64,000 bases of DNA. Source: Clostridia bacterium. Its GTDB lineage: Bacteria; Bacillota; Clostridia; Christensenellales; UBA1242. The notes beneath the pieces are model-generated. The model was not told the DNA's origin. It saw only the letters and a program-made list of their open reading frames with translations, and made no database searches. Positions within the stretch are counted from its first letter, which is position 1; every line of letters starts with the position of its first letter. The translations under genes were made by a program, and so were the position numbers. The stretch spans positions 129,697 through 193,696 of the forward strand of contig JAFTMH010000002.1 of NCBI GenBank assembly GCA_017452445.1, in the 5' to 3' direction. This document shows positions 1 to 10,109 of this stretch, in pieces.

Positions 1-3000
1 CTGGCGTAGGGGCTGCAACAATTGACGCTTCGGCAGCCACATCAATTGGAGAACTTGGTGTGCCGTTGCTGTCAATTTTTACATACTTCCACTTGTTGTC
101 AGTGCTGCCAATATCTGATTGCTCTTTATAAATTTCAAAAGTATCTGTGCCACCTGTGCCAAGAGTAAAGTCTCTGTAAATTTCAGAAACACCATCAATT
201 GTTGTATGGTTTGGTTCGCCATCATCTACAACAACACCCAACACTGTAACTCTTACATTTGTAATGTTTGCTGGGTTTGTTACATCGATTGTATTTGAGA
301 AGTTTCCTGTAGAATCATTTCTAATAAATGTAAATGGGTTGTAAACAACAGTTCTTTGATCATCTGCAGTTTGTCCTGCAATTGAAACTGTTTTTGTACG
401 CAACCATACTGCGATTGATTCACCTTCTGTGATGCTTGTGTCTGCTGAATAGATTTGTGGATTTGATGGTGCTGTGATTGTGAAGTAGAATCTAATTTTG
501 TATCCATATTCATCTTCACCTTCGATCACATAATATCTAGATCCCAATTGCAAAGCAACTGTGTTGACTGCAACCGAACCTCTATCTGCAGAATATGCAT
601 TTTCTTTTCCACCAGTGATGTCTGTCCAACCAGTTGCATCTGTGATGTTTAATGTATAGTCATTGTATGTCTTGTTTCCTTGATATGTCGAATTTCCATC
701 ACTTAAATATCTGTATGTAAATCTGTTTGAGTTGTTGAGTGCAGTGTCTGTGTTTCCATACAAGTATGCTTGAACTGTAGAATTTTCTTGCAACAATGCT
801 GTTTGTGTATTGTTATACAAATAGAATTTAATTGGATCAGTTCCATCAATTGCGTATGGGTTTTCGTAGTTGCTTGCAATTGTTTTGCCATCAACTGTTT
901 CGATACCTGCCGCATTGTAGATAGATGATGCTTCGTGCTTGCTCTTGAATCTAACTGTTGAGTTTGGTTCTACCTTGAAGAGCAAGTTGTGTGAAACTTC
1001 GATTTTGTTTGATGCGCCACCAAGATCTACCGAATAAGTAATACGCATCATAACATGATTGCCATCGTTGTTTGCACCACGGGCATAGATGAGATAGTCA
1101 ATTTTCTTGCCTGCTGGTTGTTCGCCAGAGTAAGAAATATAGTTGCCTTCAACATCGCCATCTGCAACTTCATCAAGAGTGCCAAAGTTGTAATCACCAT
1201 TCTTGATTGAAAGTCCGGTGTAATATTTGATGCCCAATTCGTTTGTTGTGGTTGTGAGTTTGCTGTCAAATGCTACTGCAGTTTGATACAAATCATCGCC
1301 TGCATATCTTGTGCTGTCTGATGTGTATCCATACATTCTCAAATCGATGTTTCCTGTTGATTCTTGAAGTGCTTGAGGTGTATAGTGCAAACCAGTACGC
1401 TTGTTGATAATGTCAGCTAAACCACTGTTGTAAGTTGTAAGCAAACTCTTTTCTTCGCCTGCTTTAATGTTGATTGTGCGATATCCTGTCATGCTGTCAG
1501 CATTTCCTTGAACTGTAAATTCAACATCCATAAACACTGTGTATGGATTGTTTGTTTCGATGTTTACAGTGCCAATGCTTACGACAACTGAATAGATAAC
1601 ACTCTTGCCATAATCGTCTTTTGTAAGCAATGTTGTTGCTGCGTCAACTCTGTTTGCGGCAGTGTTTGCTATTGTCAAAGTTGGAGCAGTTTCATAAATG
1701 TTTGTATCTGTCAACTTGTCTTCATTGCTTTCTGCTTTTGCTTGTGAGCTGAATGTGCCGACATAAGCATATCCCTTAAGTGCAGAAGTATAATCTACTG
1801 AAACTGCTGTGCCAGGGTTTTTAACCACAATTTCAACAACTTGAACAGCACCACTTGTTGTATTTTCAAATCTCAAGAAGTAAGTTGTGTCTGCCACTTG
1901 AGCAGCTTTAAACTTGTAGTTGAGATATCTTTCTTGGTTTTTAACAAATTTGATTGTTATACCTTCCAAAACTGTGCCTGTGTAATACTTGGCAACAATT
2001 CTGTTTTTGATTGTAGGTGCAAAGTCATAGATGTTTGAATCTGTAATAGCACCAACATTTTCGCTTGCATTTTCTTTTGATTCATAAGTGCCTTGGTAAG
2101 CATATCCTGTCAAAACCTTTCCAAAATCTACATTTTCTTTTGATCCTGGAGTCTTTGCTTTTGTAGCAACGATATATTCGATACCTTGTGTAGCATTTAC
2201 AAACTTCAAATAATATGTTTTTGTAGGTTCAACTGTTGCTTTAAATGTGTATGTCACAATTCTGTCTTCAGCAAACAAATGTTGATCTTCATATCCCGCC
2301 AAATCTTCGGCATAAATCTTTTCTTGACCATTTTCCCAATTTGGCTGGTTGAATTCTGTCAAGATAACTTCGCCGTTTACAAGAACTACCTTGTAAAGAA
2401 CAGGAACTGCGTTGATTTCAACGCTGAACACAACTTCACCGTTGCTTGATTGATCAATCAAACCAAACACAATGTCTGTAAGTGTACCTGTTGTGCTGAG
2501 GATCTTGTCAGTTGATTCTGCACTGATCACTTTGCCGTTGTAAATAACAACTGCATTTGTCAATGAGTAAACAGAAATCTTCCATTGCCATTCTGCTTCT
2601 GTGATTGTTGCTGGCTCGATCTTTGTGCCAACAACTCTGTTTGCAAGACCAAGCAATGCTTTGTTTGCAAAGAAGTTTGGATATGTTTCTGATGCTTTTT
2701 GAACACCATTTGCTTCATAAGTTGAAGTTTCAAATGTTGAAACATATTCTGTTGCAATCATAGTTTCGCCATCTGGACCAAGAGAAGTCAATTCTGTTGT
2801 TCCGTCTGGAGCTGCACCGTGTGCTACAACTGTAACATTTGGTTTGATTGCATAAGAACATTTAACTGTGAATGTTGAAATAACTTTGCCTTCAAACAAA
2901 TAGTTTACTGTCAAAGTTGTGTTTTTGAATGTCAAAGTTGAAACATTTTCGCAAACAATGACATTTGCTGCTGTTGCAAATTGATAATCTGCAACTTCTG

Positions 3001-6000
3001 TTTCGCTTGTGCCTTTAAAGCAGTTCAAAATGTCGCCAATTGAAACTGTTTCTGTATCGGCAGCAAAGATTGCATTTGTAATATCATAACCTGCCACTTT
3101 CTTTCTATCGAAATCTGCTTTGACAAGTTTTGAAATTGCAAAAGTATAATCCATGCCATCACTGTCTGTGATTGTGATGTCAAAATTGAATGTAACATCT
3201 TTTTCCAAACGAGCAAATGTAATAGATTTTGTTGCCAAATCAAATTTAACCAAATCACTATACAAAATGTCGTCACTGTCATCTTCTGGTGTGCCAGCGT
3301 CTGAATACACTTCGTCACCATTTGTCAATGTAAACAAAACATCTTCTACTGTTGTGCCATCTTTGTTTGAGCTGATTGATGTAAAGAATGTGTTTGTGCC
3401 TGTTGCGTTGGCAACAGCATTTCCATCAATACTTTCTGATGTGTAATATGTTTTTCCACCAACAAATTCTGTAACAGTGTTGTCTTCCCAATCAAAGTAA
3501 CTTGTGATTGTGACAAACACTCTAAATGCAAGTTTTTGATCTGTGAAGATGCCTACGACAAATTCGTAATCCTTGTCAACAGCCCATGCTGGAAGAATGT
3601 AAATTTCTGAAACTTCTTCATCTATATAAAGGTCATCAACACAAGTCATAAAGATGTCAAAATCTGCAGCGCCATAGAACACTGAGAATGAATCTACAGG
3701 ACTTGAAGTGTTGTTGCTTGTTTCAACAAGGCTCACTTTGAGTGTTGAATAATCATCAGCACCTGCGTTGAGTGTAACTCTATAAATATAGTTTTCGTGT
3801 GTAAGAGGAGTTCCGTCAAGTGTAACAGTTGGGACATAGTTTGCGCTTTGGTTGAACAAGAATACATAATCTTGAGTTCCACCAATAACTTCGATATCTC
3901 CAACAAAAATTGATCTTCTTACAACAACCTTAAGTTTGTTTGCTGCGTTTGCAAGTGTGATTGTCATCACGCCGGCATCGCTCACTGAATAAGTGAAGTA
4001 ATTTGCGTATTGTCCTGTTGGGATTGCTCCAGAAACATTTTCTGCAGACACAACATTGTATCTATAAACAATTGCTTCTGCTGGAGTTTCTGCCCATTCA
4101 ACAAGACCAAAACGAGTTGGTTGTGGGTCGGCAGGATCAACAGAGTGTTTGCTGTTGCCTGGATTTAATGTTTCTTCAAAGTCAATTTCGTATGTTGCGT
4201 TTTCTTTATAATATACAGAAGCGCTATCCAAATATTCAGCACCATCTGCATATGGATAATAGATTTGTCCCATTACAAAGTTTGGCACAACATGGATTCT
4301 ATAATACCAAGAAATTGCTTTAGAGTTGTCACCTGCCATCACAACATCAAGTTTCAACACGATGTATGCATCTGTGTAAGAGTCGCCCATGTTGTTGATA
4401 ACAAGTCTGTCACCTTCGACTGTTGCAAGATTTTCTACATAACCTTCTGCTTCTTCAACAATTGAAAGTGTGTAGTTTGCTGTTTTAGATTCGCCAGTAA
4501 GGCCGGCTGTAGTTCCTTCAAAATAGAAACCATATGGATTTGGATCTGTGATTTCAAGATCTGTGTCATAAACAACTTGATATGATTTGCCTGCAACAAG
4601 TTGTTGTGCAACTCCTGCATCTTCAAGTGCTTGATAATCTCCCAAAAGCACATCAAGTGCTGCATCTTTGTCATCTTCGTAAACAACAAAGTTTTCGCCG
4701 ATTTGACTTACGACAGCTTTAAGTGTGATAAACACTTCCAAAGTTTTAGGTCCTGAAGAAATGTCTCTCTTAACAACAAATTCGTTTCCTTCAAAACTTA
4801 CATAGTTTGGAATTGTTCCATAAACCATAAGTCCTGCAGCTGATTGCTTGATTTGTCCTGTAATGTTGTTTGTGATGTTGAATCCACCTTGTGCTTCATA
4901 TTCGAAACCAGCAACCAAAACAAGCATTGTTTGTCCTTCGTATTCAACGATTGGGACATCAACTTTGTTTACACCAACTTTCTTTTTAAGGATTGTTGAT
5001 GCCATTGTTGCAGGGTCGCCTGCACCAAAACCGATTTGGAAGTTGATTGTCGCAAAAACATCTGGACATTTTGCTGTTGATGATGTGCCATCTGTATAGC
5101 AAGACACAATTGGTGCTGCAACAGCAGATGTGCCGATCATAATCTTAAACTTTTGTTCAAACACTTCACCCAAAGTCATTTGAAGTTGTGCTTGTTCCAA
5201 ACCAAACGAACTTTCGGTCACTGTGATATATTTTGAAGTTGAAATGTTTGTGTAAGAAATTCCTGCAACTGCAGTCAATGAATCAAACTTTTTGTCTGCT
5301 GCCAAATATTCTGTCAATTTGTAAACTGAATAATGTGAAGCAGGGTTTGCTGTCGCCAACAATCCAAGGTCTACAAATGGAATGTCACCTTCTTCGTTGA
5401 CATTTTGTTTGATCACAAAGTTTGGATTTACATACAAAGTCACTTCAACTCTGCATGCATATTGTGAGTTTGTTCCGTAATACAAAACAAGGGTGATTGT
5501 CTTGTATTCTGAAATTTCGCCAATTTCAAGAACCATCTTTTCAACATTTCCACCATCGTCCAAAATTGGTTTGATAGAGCAAATGTTTCCGTTGTCATAG
5601 AACACGCCTTCTGGGTTTGACTTGAGGTCATCTTCCGAACGATCCTTCAAAGACCCTACCCAAGTGTATGTTGTGCCTGTGCCGTGTTGTGCAGAAACGA
5701 TTGGGAAGAATGAATCCAAATCGTAAGCAGTGCCAGCAAGCACACCGATTTGACTGTCTTTTGAAACCAAATAATCTTTGTTTGCTTCGTAGAAGTTGTT
5801 GAAATTGTGTGCGATTGTAAGGTCACTCAAGAACACAACATTGAGAGTGATGTCAAACAATGCTTCTGCAGTATCTCTAACTCTAAATGTAACTGTTGTG
5901 CTTTCGTTGAATGGATTGACGATGCTGATTTGTGAAATCAACTTGTTTTTGTAATATACAATAGAATCTTCGTCTTCTGCATCACTTTCAACATCAAATG

Positions 6001-9000
6001 CCAACATTTTCATGATGTCAAATTGTGCGTCTGTTGATGCTTCCATAGATGACAAATAACCATTGTCGAGATAGAATCTCAAATCTGAAGCAAGAACTTC
6101 TGTGCCGTCTTCATCTGTTGTGTAAACATTGATAAGTTCTGCCAAATTGATAAGGGATTCTGGTTTTACATATTTGCTTACATAAACCACACTCTTTGTT
6201 GTCAATGCGTTTGAATCTTCATCAACATCTGTGTAAACAATTTGATCTGCAGATTCTTGAATCAATGTTGTAGAATCATATTCCACTCTTGACACGCCTT
6301 GGCTTGTGATTTGGAATGTAAATGCTCCAACTCTCAAATCGTTTCCTTCAAATTTGATGTTGTCGCCATTTGTTGTGATTGCATAAACATAAAGTTTTGT
6401 TGTGACTGATTCGCCTTCTGTTGAAGAGAAGTTTGCAATCTTTGTTTGTGTGCTATCAAAACTCAAAATCTTGCTGTTGCCTGGAAGTGGTTCTTCAACA
6501 AGTTTGTATGTGTAAAGACCATCTGCATAGTCAATATCTTTGTTTCTTTGGTCTTGCATCTTAAATGTCAAATAGTTGTTGAGTGTTGCCATAACATCTT
6601 CTGTTGTATTTCCAGCAAGTTGTTCTGTGCCCCATTTGATTGATGTGCCATCTGTTGCAGAGATGTTAACTTCGATTGTGCTTGCAATGTTGATATTTGG
6701 GTTTGTTGCATAATCGCCAACAAGTGAAGTTGGTTGTTGATAATAAATTCTGAAATATTCTTTGCCTGTTTCTGCGTGAACAATTTCTTTTTCATATGTT
6801 TCTTTGCCATCGTTGTATTTGAGCAAAAGTCTTACATATGTGCCTTGGTCCAAACCAGCTGTTGCTGCTTTGAAAAGGCCTTCGTTTACATTTAAAGCTC
6901 CTTCAAATGTAACTGTAGTTTCCTCAACTGCAGTTTCTGCCAAACCAGCAAGTTTGACATATTGATTTGTTTCTTTGCCGTCAATGCCAACGCAAACAAC
7001 ATCAAGTGTGCCAGCTTCAAATGCTGCAACAACTTTTTCGCTGTCTGAAGCAACATCTTCGCTGTTTTCCAAAACCATCTTAAATGTGATCATTGTTGCT
7101 TGTTCGCCACTTTCATTTCTCTTGACAGCAGGCACGAAGAAGTTTCCATCAACATCTGTTTCAACATTTTCTGACATAACAAATGTTGGTGTCATGTTTG
7201 CAACTGAAAGTGTGCTTTCAACTGTCACAACTCTTGTCTTTCCAAAAGCTACAATTTGATATTTGCCACCTTCGTCATAAACAATCTTGTTGTCAGCATT
7301 TGTTCTCACAAGCGCTGCAACAACTTTAACTGCACCAGCATAACTCTTCTTTGCTGTCAAAACCGAGCTGCTAAGTTCGTAAAGTGTAAAACCTTCAGCA
7401 GGAGTTGTTGTGTTTGGGATAACAAGTGCTTGACCTTTGTAATCTGCTGCGTAAAGCACAGCATCACTACAGTTGAATGTTTCAAGCATGTTGATTGTTT
7501 CTGCAAAACCCATTTCGTTTCTGTCGATAAACAAGAAGTATTTTACAGTTCTGTAAATATTGTCTTTGTCAACATCTTGAATTTCGTCTGCCAAGTCAAC
7601 ATTGCTTGAAATTGGTTTTCCTGTTTCGTCATAGTTGATAACCAATGGGATTGCATCAAGTTTGCTCCAACTTGGAACAGTTTCAATGTCGTGGTTTTGA
7701 GCTTCCAACACAACTTTGTTTTCGCTTGCAAAATCAAAGAAGTTTGTCCATACACCATCTTTTTGTTGGAAGAAGTTGTATTTCAATTCAAGCGATTGTG
7801 CTTGTGTTGTTGAAAATTCCCAGAAATATTCGTTGTAGTTTTCTGGAGTTGAATCTGGAAGCAAGTAATATTCTATGCCTGCTTCTGCTGCAAAGTAGTT
7901 TACAGTTGGGTCATATTCTTCCATTGTGATTGTGTAAACACCTTCTGTTTCAACAACTTTGATGATGTCTCCACCTTTCAAAATCACATTGTCTGCAGTT
8001 TTTGGAAGTTTGATACCAAAGTTTCCTACAAGTGTGTTGAGTGTAACCTTTTCTCCTTTGATCACAAGACCAAAGTTTTCGTTGCTATCCAAAGAAGTGC
8101 CTGTTGTGATATAGAACTTTTTGTCAACATAAGCATACCAAGTTTCAGTTCCGTCTGCTTTGACATCAACAACAACTTGTCTTACTTCTTCTTCCTTAAC
8201 CTTGATGTTGATTGTGTCGGTTTTAAATTTGTAAGTTTCGTTGTTTGTTTCACATTCGGTGAAATATTGAATTGCTTTTGCGTTAAGTTCGTAAGGATCA
8301 GTAATGCTTTTTACATCTTCTCTGTCAAAAAATTCTTTTTGATAGAATGAGTTTGAAAAAACATAAACTGTTATGTAGTCAAGGTTTACACCTTCTGTTT
8401 TTGTTTTTGCCAAAAACTTTCCTGTTGTCCAATTGTAGTCAATGCAAGATGCAGAAAATTTGTAGAATTGCTTTTTAGATGTAGAAGCATCACCAAACAA
8501 ATATTCGCTGTCGCCAGGAGTAAATGTTGCATCAACTGCAAATGTTGATCCCAATGCAATTTCTCTTACATCACCTTCTGTTTCTTGTTCGCTTTGATCA
8601 TCAACAGAAATGTCAACATCAATGTCATAAACAGGGACATCAACTGAAATATAAATTTTTTGAGAAGGGAGATTTATGTTTTCTGACTTTGCAGTGAGTT
8701 CTGATCTAAGTCCTTGTCCACCAACAACCCAGTTGTCGTTGATGTCAGAATTAAATTGCTTCACAAGCATAATGTCAATTGGCTTTCCAATTTCTGCTTT
8801 TTCTTTCACAGAGATGATGCCGTCACTGACATAACCATTTCTAGTAACCCCACCTTTGAGTTGAAGTGTGATTTCTTTGTTGGTTGCGTCTTCTGTGCCT
8901 GTCGTAATCATCAATTTGAAATCAGAAGAAGTTTGGAAGACATAATTTCCTTGCTCCATACCCGAGCAGTATGCTTCGCCGTCTACGACCGTTTCAACAA

Positions 9001-9148
9001 ATGAAAAATTCTCTGGGTCAATGTTTTTCTCATTAAATTCACCCATCAAGAACAATGTCAGCGCTGTGCCACCTGCAATGGCAATCATGCCTGCAAAAAC
9101 AAGCAACACTGTTTTCCAAAGACTAAGAACTTTTCCCTTCTTCTTCAT
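1..9148 (-). CDS. Giant secreted/surface protein, N-terminal part only (>3049 aa); the ORF continues past the left window edge
   Basis: ATG at 9148 lies 7 nt downstream of GGAG (9159-9156 on the minus strand). My hand translation of this frame reaches position 2 without a stop. The N-terminus MKKKGKVLSLWKTVLLVFAGMIAIAGGTALTLFLMG is a signal anchor. The rest is Thr/Val/Asn/Asp/Tyr-rich and contains repeated modules. No track ORF falls in this frame, which fits an ORF with no stop inside the window. Confidence 0.85.
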   Translation of the reverse strand, partial: MKKKGKVLSLWKTVLLVFAGMIAIAGGTALTLFLMGEFNEKNIDPENFSFVETVVDGEAYCSGMEQGNYVFQTSSDFKLMITTGTEDATNKEITLQLKGGVTRNGYVSDGIISVKEKAEIGKPIDIMLVKQFNSDINDNWVVGGQGLRSELTAKSENINLPSQKIYISVDVPVYDIDVDISVDDQSEQETEGDVREIALGSTFAVDATFTPGDSEYLFGDASTSKKQFYKFSASCIDYNWTTGKFLAKTKTEGVNLDYITVYVFSNSFYQKEFFDREDVKSITDPYELNAKAIQYFTECETNNETYKFKTDTINIKVKEEEVRQVVVDVKADGTETWYAYVDKKFYITTGTSLDSNENFGLVIKGEKVTLNTLVGNFGIKLPKTADNVILKGGDIIKVVETEGVYTITMEEYDPTVNYFAAEAGIEYYLLPDSTPENYNEYFWEFSTTQAQSLELKYNFFQQKDGVWTNFFDFASENKVVLEAQNHDIETVPSWSKLDAIPLVINYDETGKPISSNVDLADEIQDVDKDNIYRTVKYFLFIDRNEMGFAETINMLETFNCSDAVLYAADYKGQALVIPNTTTPAEGFTLYELSSSVLTAKKSYAGAVKVVAALVRTNADNKIVYDEGGKYQIVAFGKTRVVTVESTLSVANMTPTFVMSENVETDVDGNFFVPAVKRNESGEQATMITFKMVLENSEDVASDSEKVVAAFEAGTLDVVCVGIDGKETNQYVKLAGLAETAVEETTVTFEGALNVNEGLFKAATAGLDQGTYVRLLLKYNDGKETYEKEIVHAETGKEYFRIYYQQPTSLVGDYATNPNINIASTIEVNISATDGTSIKWGTEQLAGNTTEDVMATLNNYLTFKMQDQRNKDIDYADGLYTYKLVEEPLPGNSKILSFDSTQTKIANFSSTEGESVTTKLYVYAITTNGDNIKFEGNDLRVGAFTFQITSQGVSRVEYDSTTLIQESADQIVYTDVDEDSNALTTKSVVYVSKYVKPESLINLAELINVYTTDEDGTEVLASDLRFYLDNGYLSSMEASTDAQFDIMKMLAFDVESDAEDEDSIVYYKNKLISQISIVNPFNESTTVTFRVRDTAEALFDITLNVVFLSDLTIAHNFNNFYEANKDYLVSKDSQIGVLAGTAYDLDSFFPIVSAQHGTGTTYTWVGSLKDRSEDDLKSNPEGVFYDNGNICSIKPILDDGGNVEKMVLEIGEISEYKTITLVLYYGTNSQYACRVEVTLYVNPNFVIKQNVNEEGDIPFVDLGLLATANPASHYSVYKLTEYLAADKKFDSLTAVAGISYTNISTSKYITVTESSFGLEQAQLQMTLGEVFEQKFKIMIGTSAVAAPIVSCYTDGTSSTAKCPDVFATINFQIGFGAGDPATMASTILKKKVGVNKVDVPIVEYEGQTMLVLVAGFEYEAQGGFNITNNITGQIKQSAAGLMVYGTIPNYVSFEGNEFVVKRDISSGPKTLEVFITLKAVVSQIGENFVVYEDDKDAALDVLLGDYQALEDAGVAQQLVAGKSYQVVYDTDLEITDPNPYGFYFEGTTAGLTGESKTANYTLSIVEEAEGYVENLATVEGDRLVINNMGDSYTDAYIVLKLDVVMAGDNSKAISWYYRIHVVPNFVMGQIYYPYADGAEYLDSASVYYKENATYEIDFEETLNPGNSKHSVDPADPQPTRFGLVEWAETPAEAIVYRYNVVSAENVSGAIPTGQYANYFTYSVSDAGVMTITLANAANKLKVVVRRSIFVGDIEVIGGTQDYVFLFNQSANYVPTVTLDGTPLTHENYIYRVTLNAGADDYSTLKVSLVETSNNTSSPVDSFSVFYGAADFDIFMTCVDDLYIDEEVSEIYILPAWAVDKDYEFVVGIFTDQKLAFRVFVTITSYFDWEDNTVTEFVGGKTYYTSESIDGNAVANATGTNTFFTSISSNKDGTTVEDVLFTLTNGDEVYSDAGTPEDDSDDILYSDLVKFDLATKSITFARLEKDVTFNFDITITDSDGMDYTFAISKLVKADFDRKKVAGYDITNAIFAADTETVSIGDILNCFKGTSETEVADYQFATAANVIVCENVSTLTFKNTTLTVNYLFEGKVISTFTVKCSYAIKPNVTVVAHGAAPDGTTELTSLGPDGETMIATEYVSTFETSTYEANGVQKASETYPNFFANKALLGLANRVVGTKIEPATITEAEWQWKISVYSLTNAVVIYNGKVISAESTDKILSTTGTLTDIVFGLIDQSSNGEVVFSVEINAVPVLYKVVLVNGEVILTEFNQPNWENGQEKIYAEDLAGYEDQHLFAEDRIVTYTFKATVEPTKTYYLKFVNATQGIEYIVATKAKTPGSKENVDFGKVLTGYAYQGTYESKENASENVGAITDSNIYDFAPTIKNRIVAKYYTGTVLEGITIKFVKNQERYLNYKFKAAQVADTTYFLRFENTTSGAVQVVEIVVKNPGTAVSVDYTSALKGYAYVGTFSSQAKAESNEDKLTDTNIYETAPTLTIANTAANRVDAATTLLTKDDYGKSVIYSVVVSIGTVNIETNNPYTVFMDVEFTVQGNADSMTGYRTINIKAGEEKSLLTTYNSGLADIINKRTGLHYTPQALQESTGNIDLRMYGYTSDSTRYAGDDLYQTAVAFDSKLTTTTNELGIKYYTGLSIKNGDYNFGTLDEVADGDVEGNYISYSGEQPAGKKIDYLIYARGANNDGNHVMMRITYSVDLGGASNKIEVSHNLLFKVEPNSTVRFKSKHEASSIYNAAGIETVDGKTIASNYENPYAIDGTDPIKFYLYNNTQTALLQENSTVQAYLYGNTDTALNNSNRFTYRYLSDGNSTYQGNKTYNDYTLNITDATGWTDITGGKENAYSADRGSVAVNTVALQLGSRYYVIEGEDEYGYKIRFYFTITAPSNPQIYSADTSITEGESIAVWLRTKTVSIAGQTADDQRTVVYNPFTFIRNDSTGNFSNTIDVTNPANITNVRVTVLGVVVDDGEPNHTTIDGVSEIYRDFTLGTGGTDTFEIYKEQSDIGSTDNKWKYVKIDSNGTPSSPIDVAAEASIVAAPTP

Positions 9149-9345
9149 AAAAAATCTCCAAAAAATAATTTCTCAAAAAAAACAAAAAAATAAATTTAAT
9201 AATATTGAAATTGAATTAAAAATATTGTTTGCTATTTTCGATAAATTAATTATACATTTTTTTTATTTATTTTGCAAACAAATCAATTCGTTTTTTTTAT
9301 TAAATAATAAAATATATATAGGCATCATTTTGTCTTTGGTTTAGG

Positions 9346-9374
9346 TTGACAGAAACGCTTTTATAGTTTATAAT
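9346..9374 (+). promoter_or_regulatory. Sigma-A type promoter, TTGACA-17 nt-TATAAT, ending 6 nt before the ATG at 9381 (leaderless configuration)
   Basis: TTGACA at 9346-9351, a 17 nt spacer and TATAAT at 9369-9374. TAAGAC then precedes the ATG, and there is no Shine-Dalgarno sequence. Confidence 0.6.
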
Positions 9375-9380
9375 TAAGAC

Positions 9381-10109
9381 ATGAACACAAACACCGAAAT
9401 TTTAAACTTTTTGTACCTGACTAGCCCTAGAATAGGGAAGTCTTACCAATCTTCTGGCATCAATCCATTGCCAGAAAGTTTATCCTTGACAAAGGATTCG
9501 ATCAAGGAAAGATTGTATCTTGGACAGATGCATTTATCCAAATTTCCTGATTTTATTTTTAGCTCAAAAAATCAATTAAAATATTTGTTTCAAAATTCAA
9601 TAAAAAATATTAAAAAAATATTAAAAATTGAATTAAAAAGCAATTTTTCGCCGATTTTTTGCAAAAAATTAAATATTTATTTAACACTTCGAGAGAAGGT
9701 TACAAACCTTATTTTGAAGGAATTTAAAAAGTTTAATTTTGATGAATGTGATGCTTATACAGAGATTTTTGAACTCGATCCTGTTATGTTTGAAGTCATC
9801 GGAAACCTTTTTGATGAGAAATATTCTCTCGAATCAATAAAAGATCTTGAAAGTCGCTACAATGACTTGTATCAAGCAAAATTGAAACACATTGAAGAGA
9901 AAACAAACAACAAAATCAGCAAAAACGCCGAAATTTTGAGCAAAAAAGTGCTTGAAAACACAAAAGTTGCAAAAACGCAAAAACAAAAAATTTCAAAGAA
10001 AGATGCAAAAAAGGTTGAAAAAGATCTCGAAAAAGCAGAACAAACTATAGATCCTGTATTATGCGAAATCAAATCAAAAAGCAAACAGGCAAACAATAAG
10101 GAGAAATAA
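9381..10109 (+). CDS. Hypothetical protein with a Lys-rich C-terminus
   Basis: A 242 aa ORF open through very AT-rich DNA, which is unlikely by chance. Its stop overlaps the ATG of the next gene (TAATG). I recognise no family. Confidence 0.55.
   Translation: MNTNTEILNFLYLTSPRIGKSYQSSGINPLPESLSLTKDSIKERLYLGQMHLSKFPDFIFSSKNQLKYLFQNSIKNIKKILKIELKSNFSPIFCKKLNIYLTLREKVTNLILKEFKKFNFDECDAYTEIFELDPVMFEVIGNLFDEKYSLESIKDLESRYNDLYQAKLKHIEEKTNNKISKNAEILSKKVLENTKVAKTQKQKISKKDAKKVEKDLEKAEQTIDPVLCEIKSKSKQANNKEK

Noticed and set aside
1-9148. The absence of long track ORFs first suggested an alternative genetic code or a heavily decayed pseudogene region.
   Set aside because: One minus-strand frame is open throughout under the standard code, and the neighbouring genes use the standard code normally. 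The ORF is simply open-ended at the window edge.
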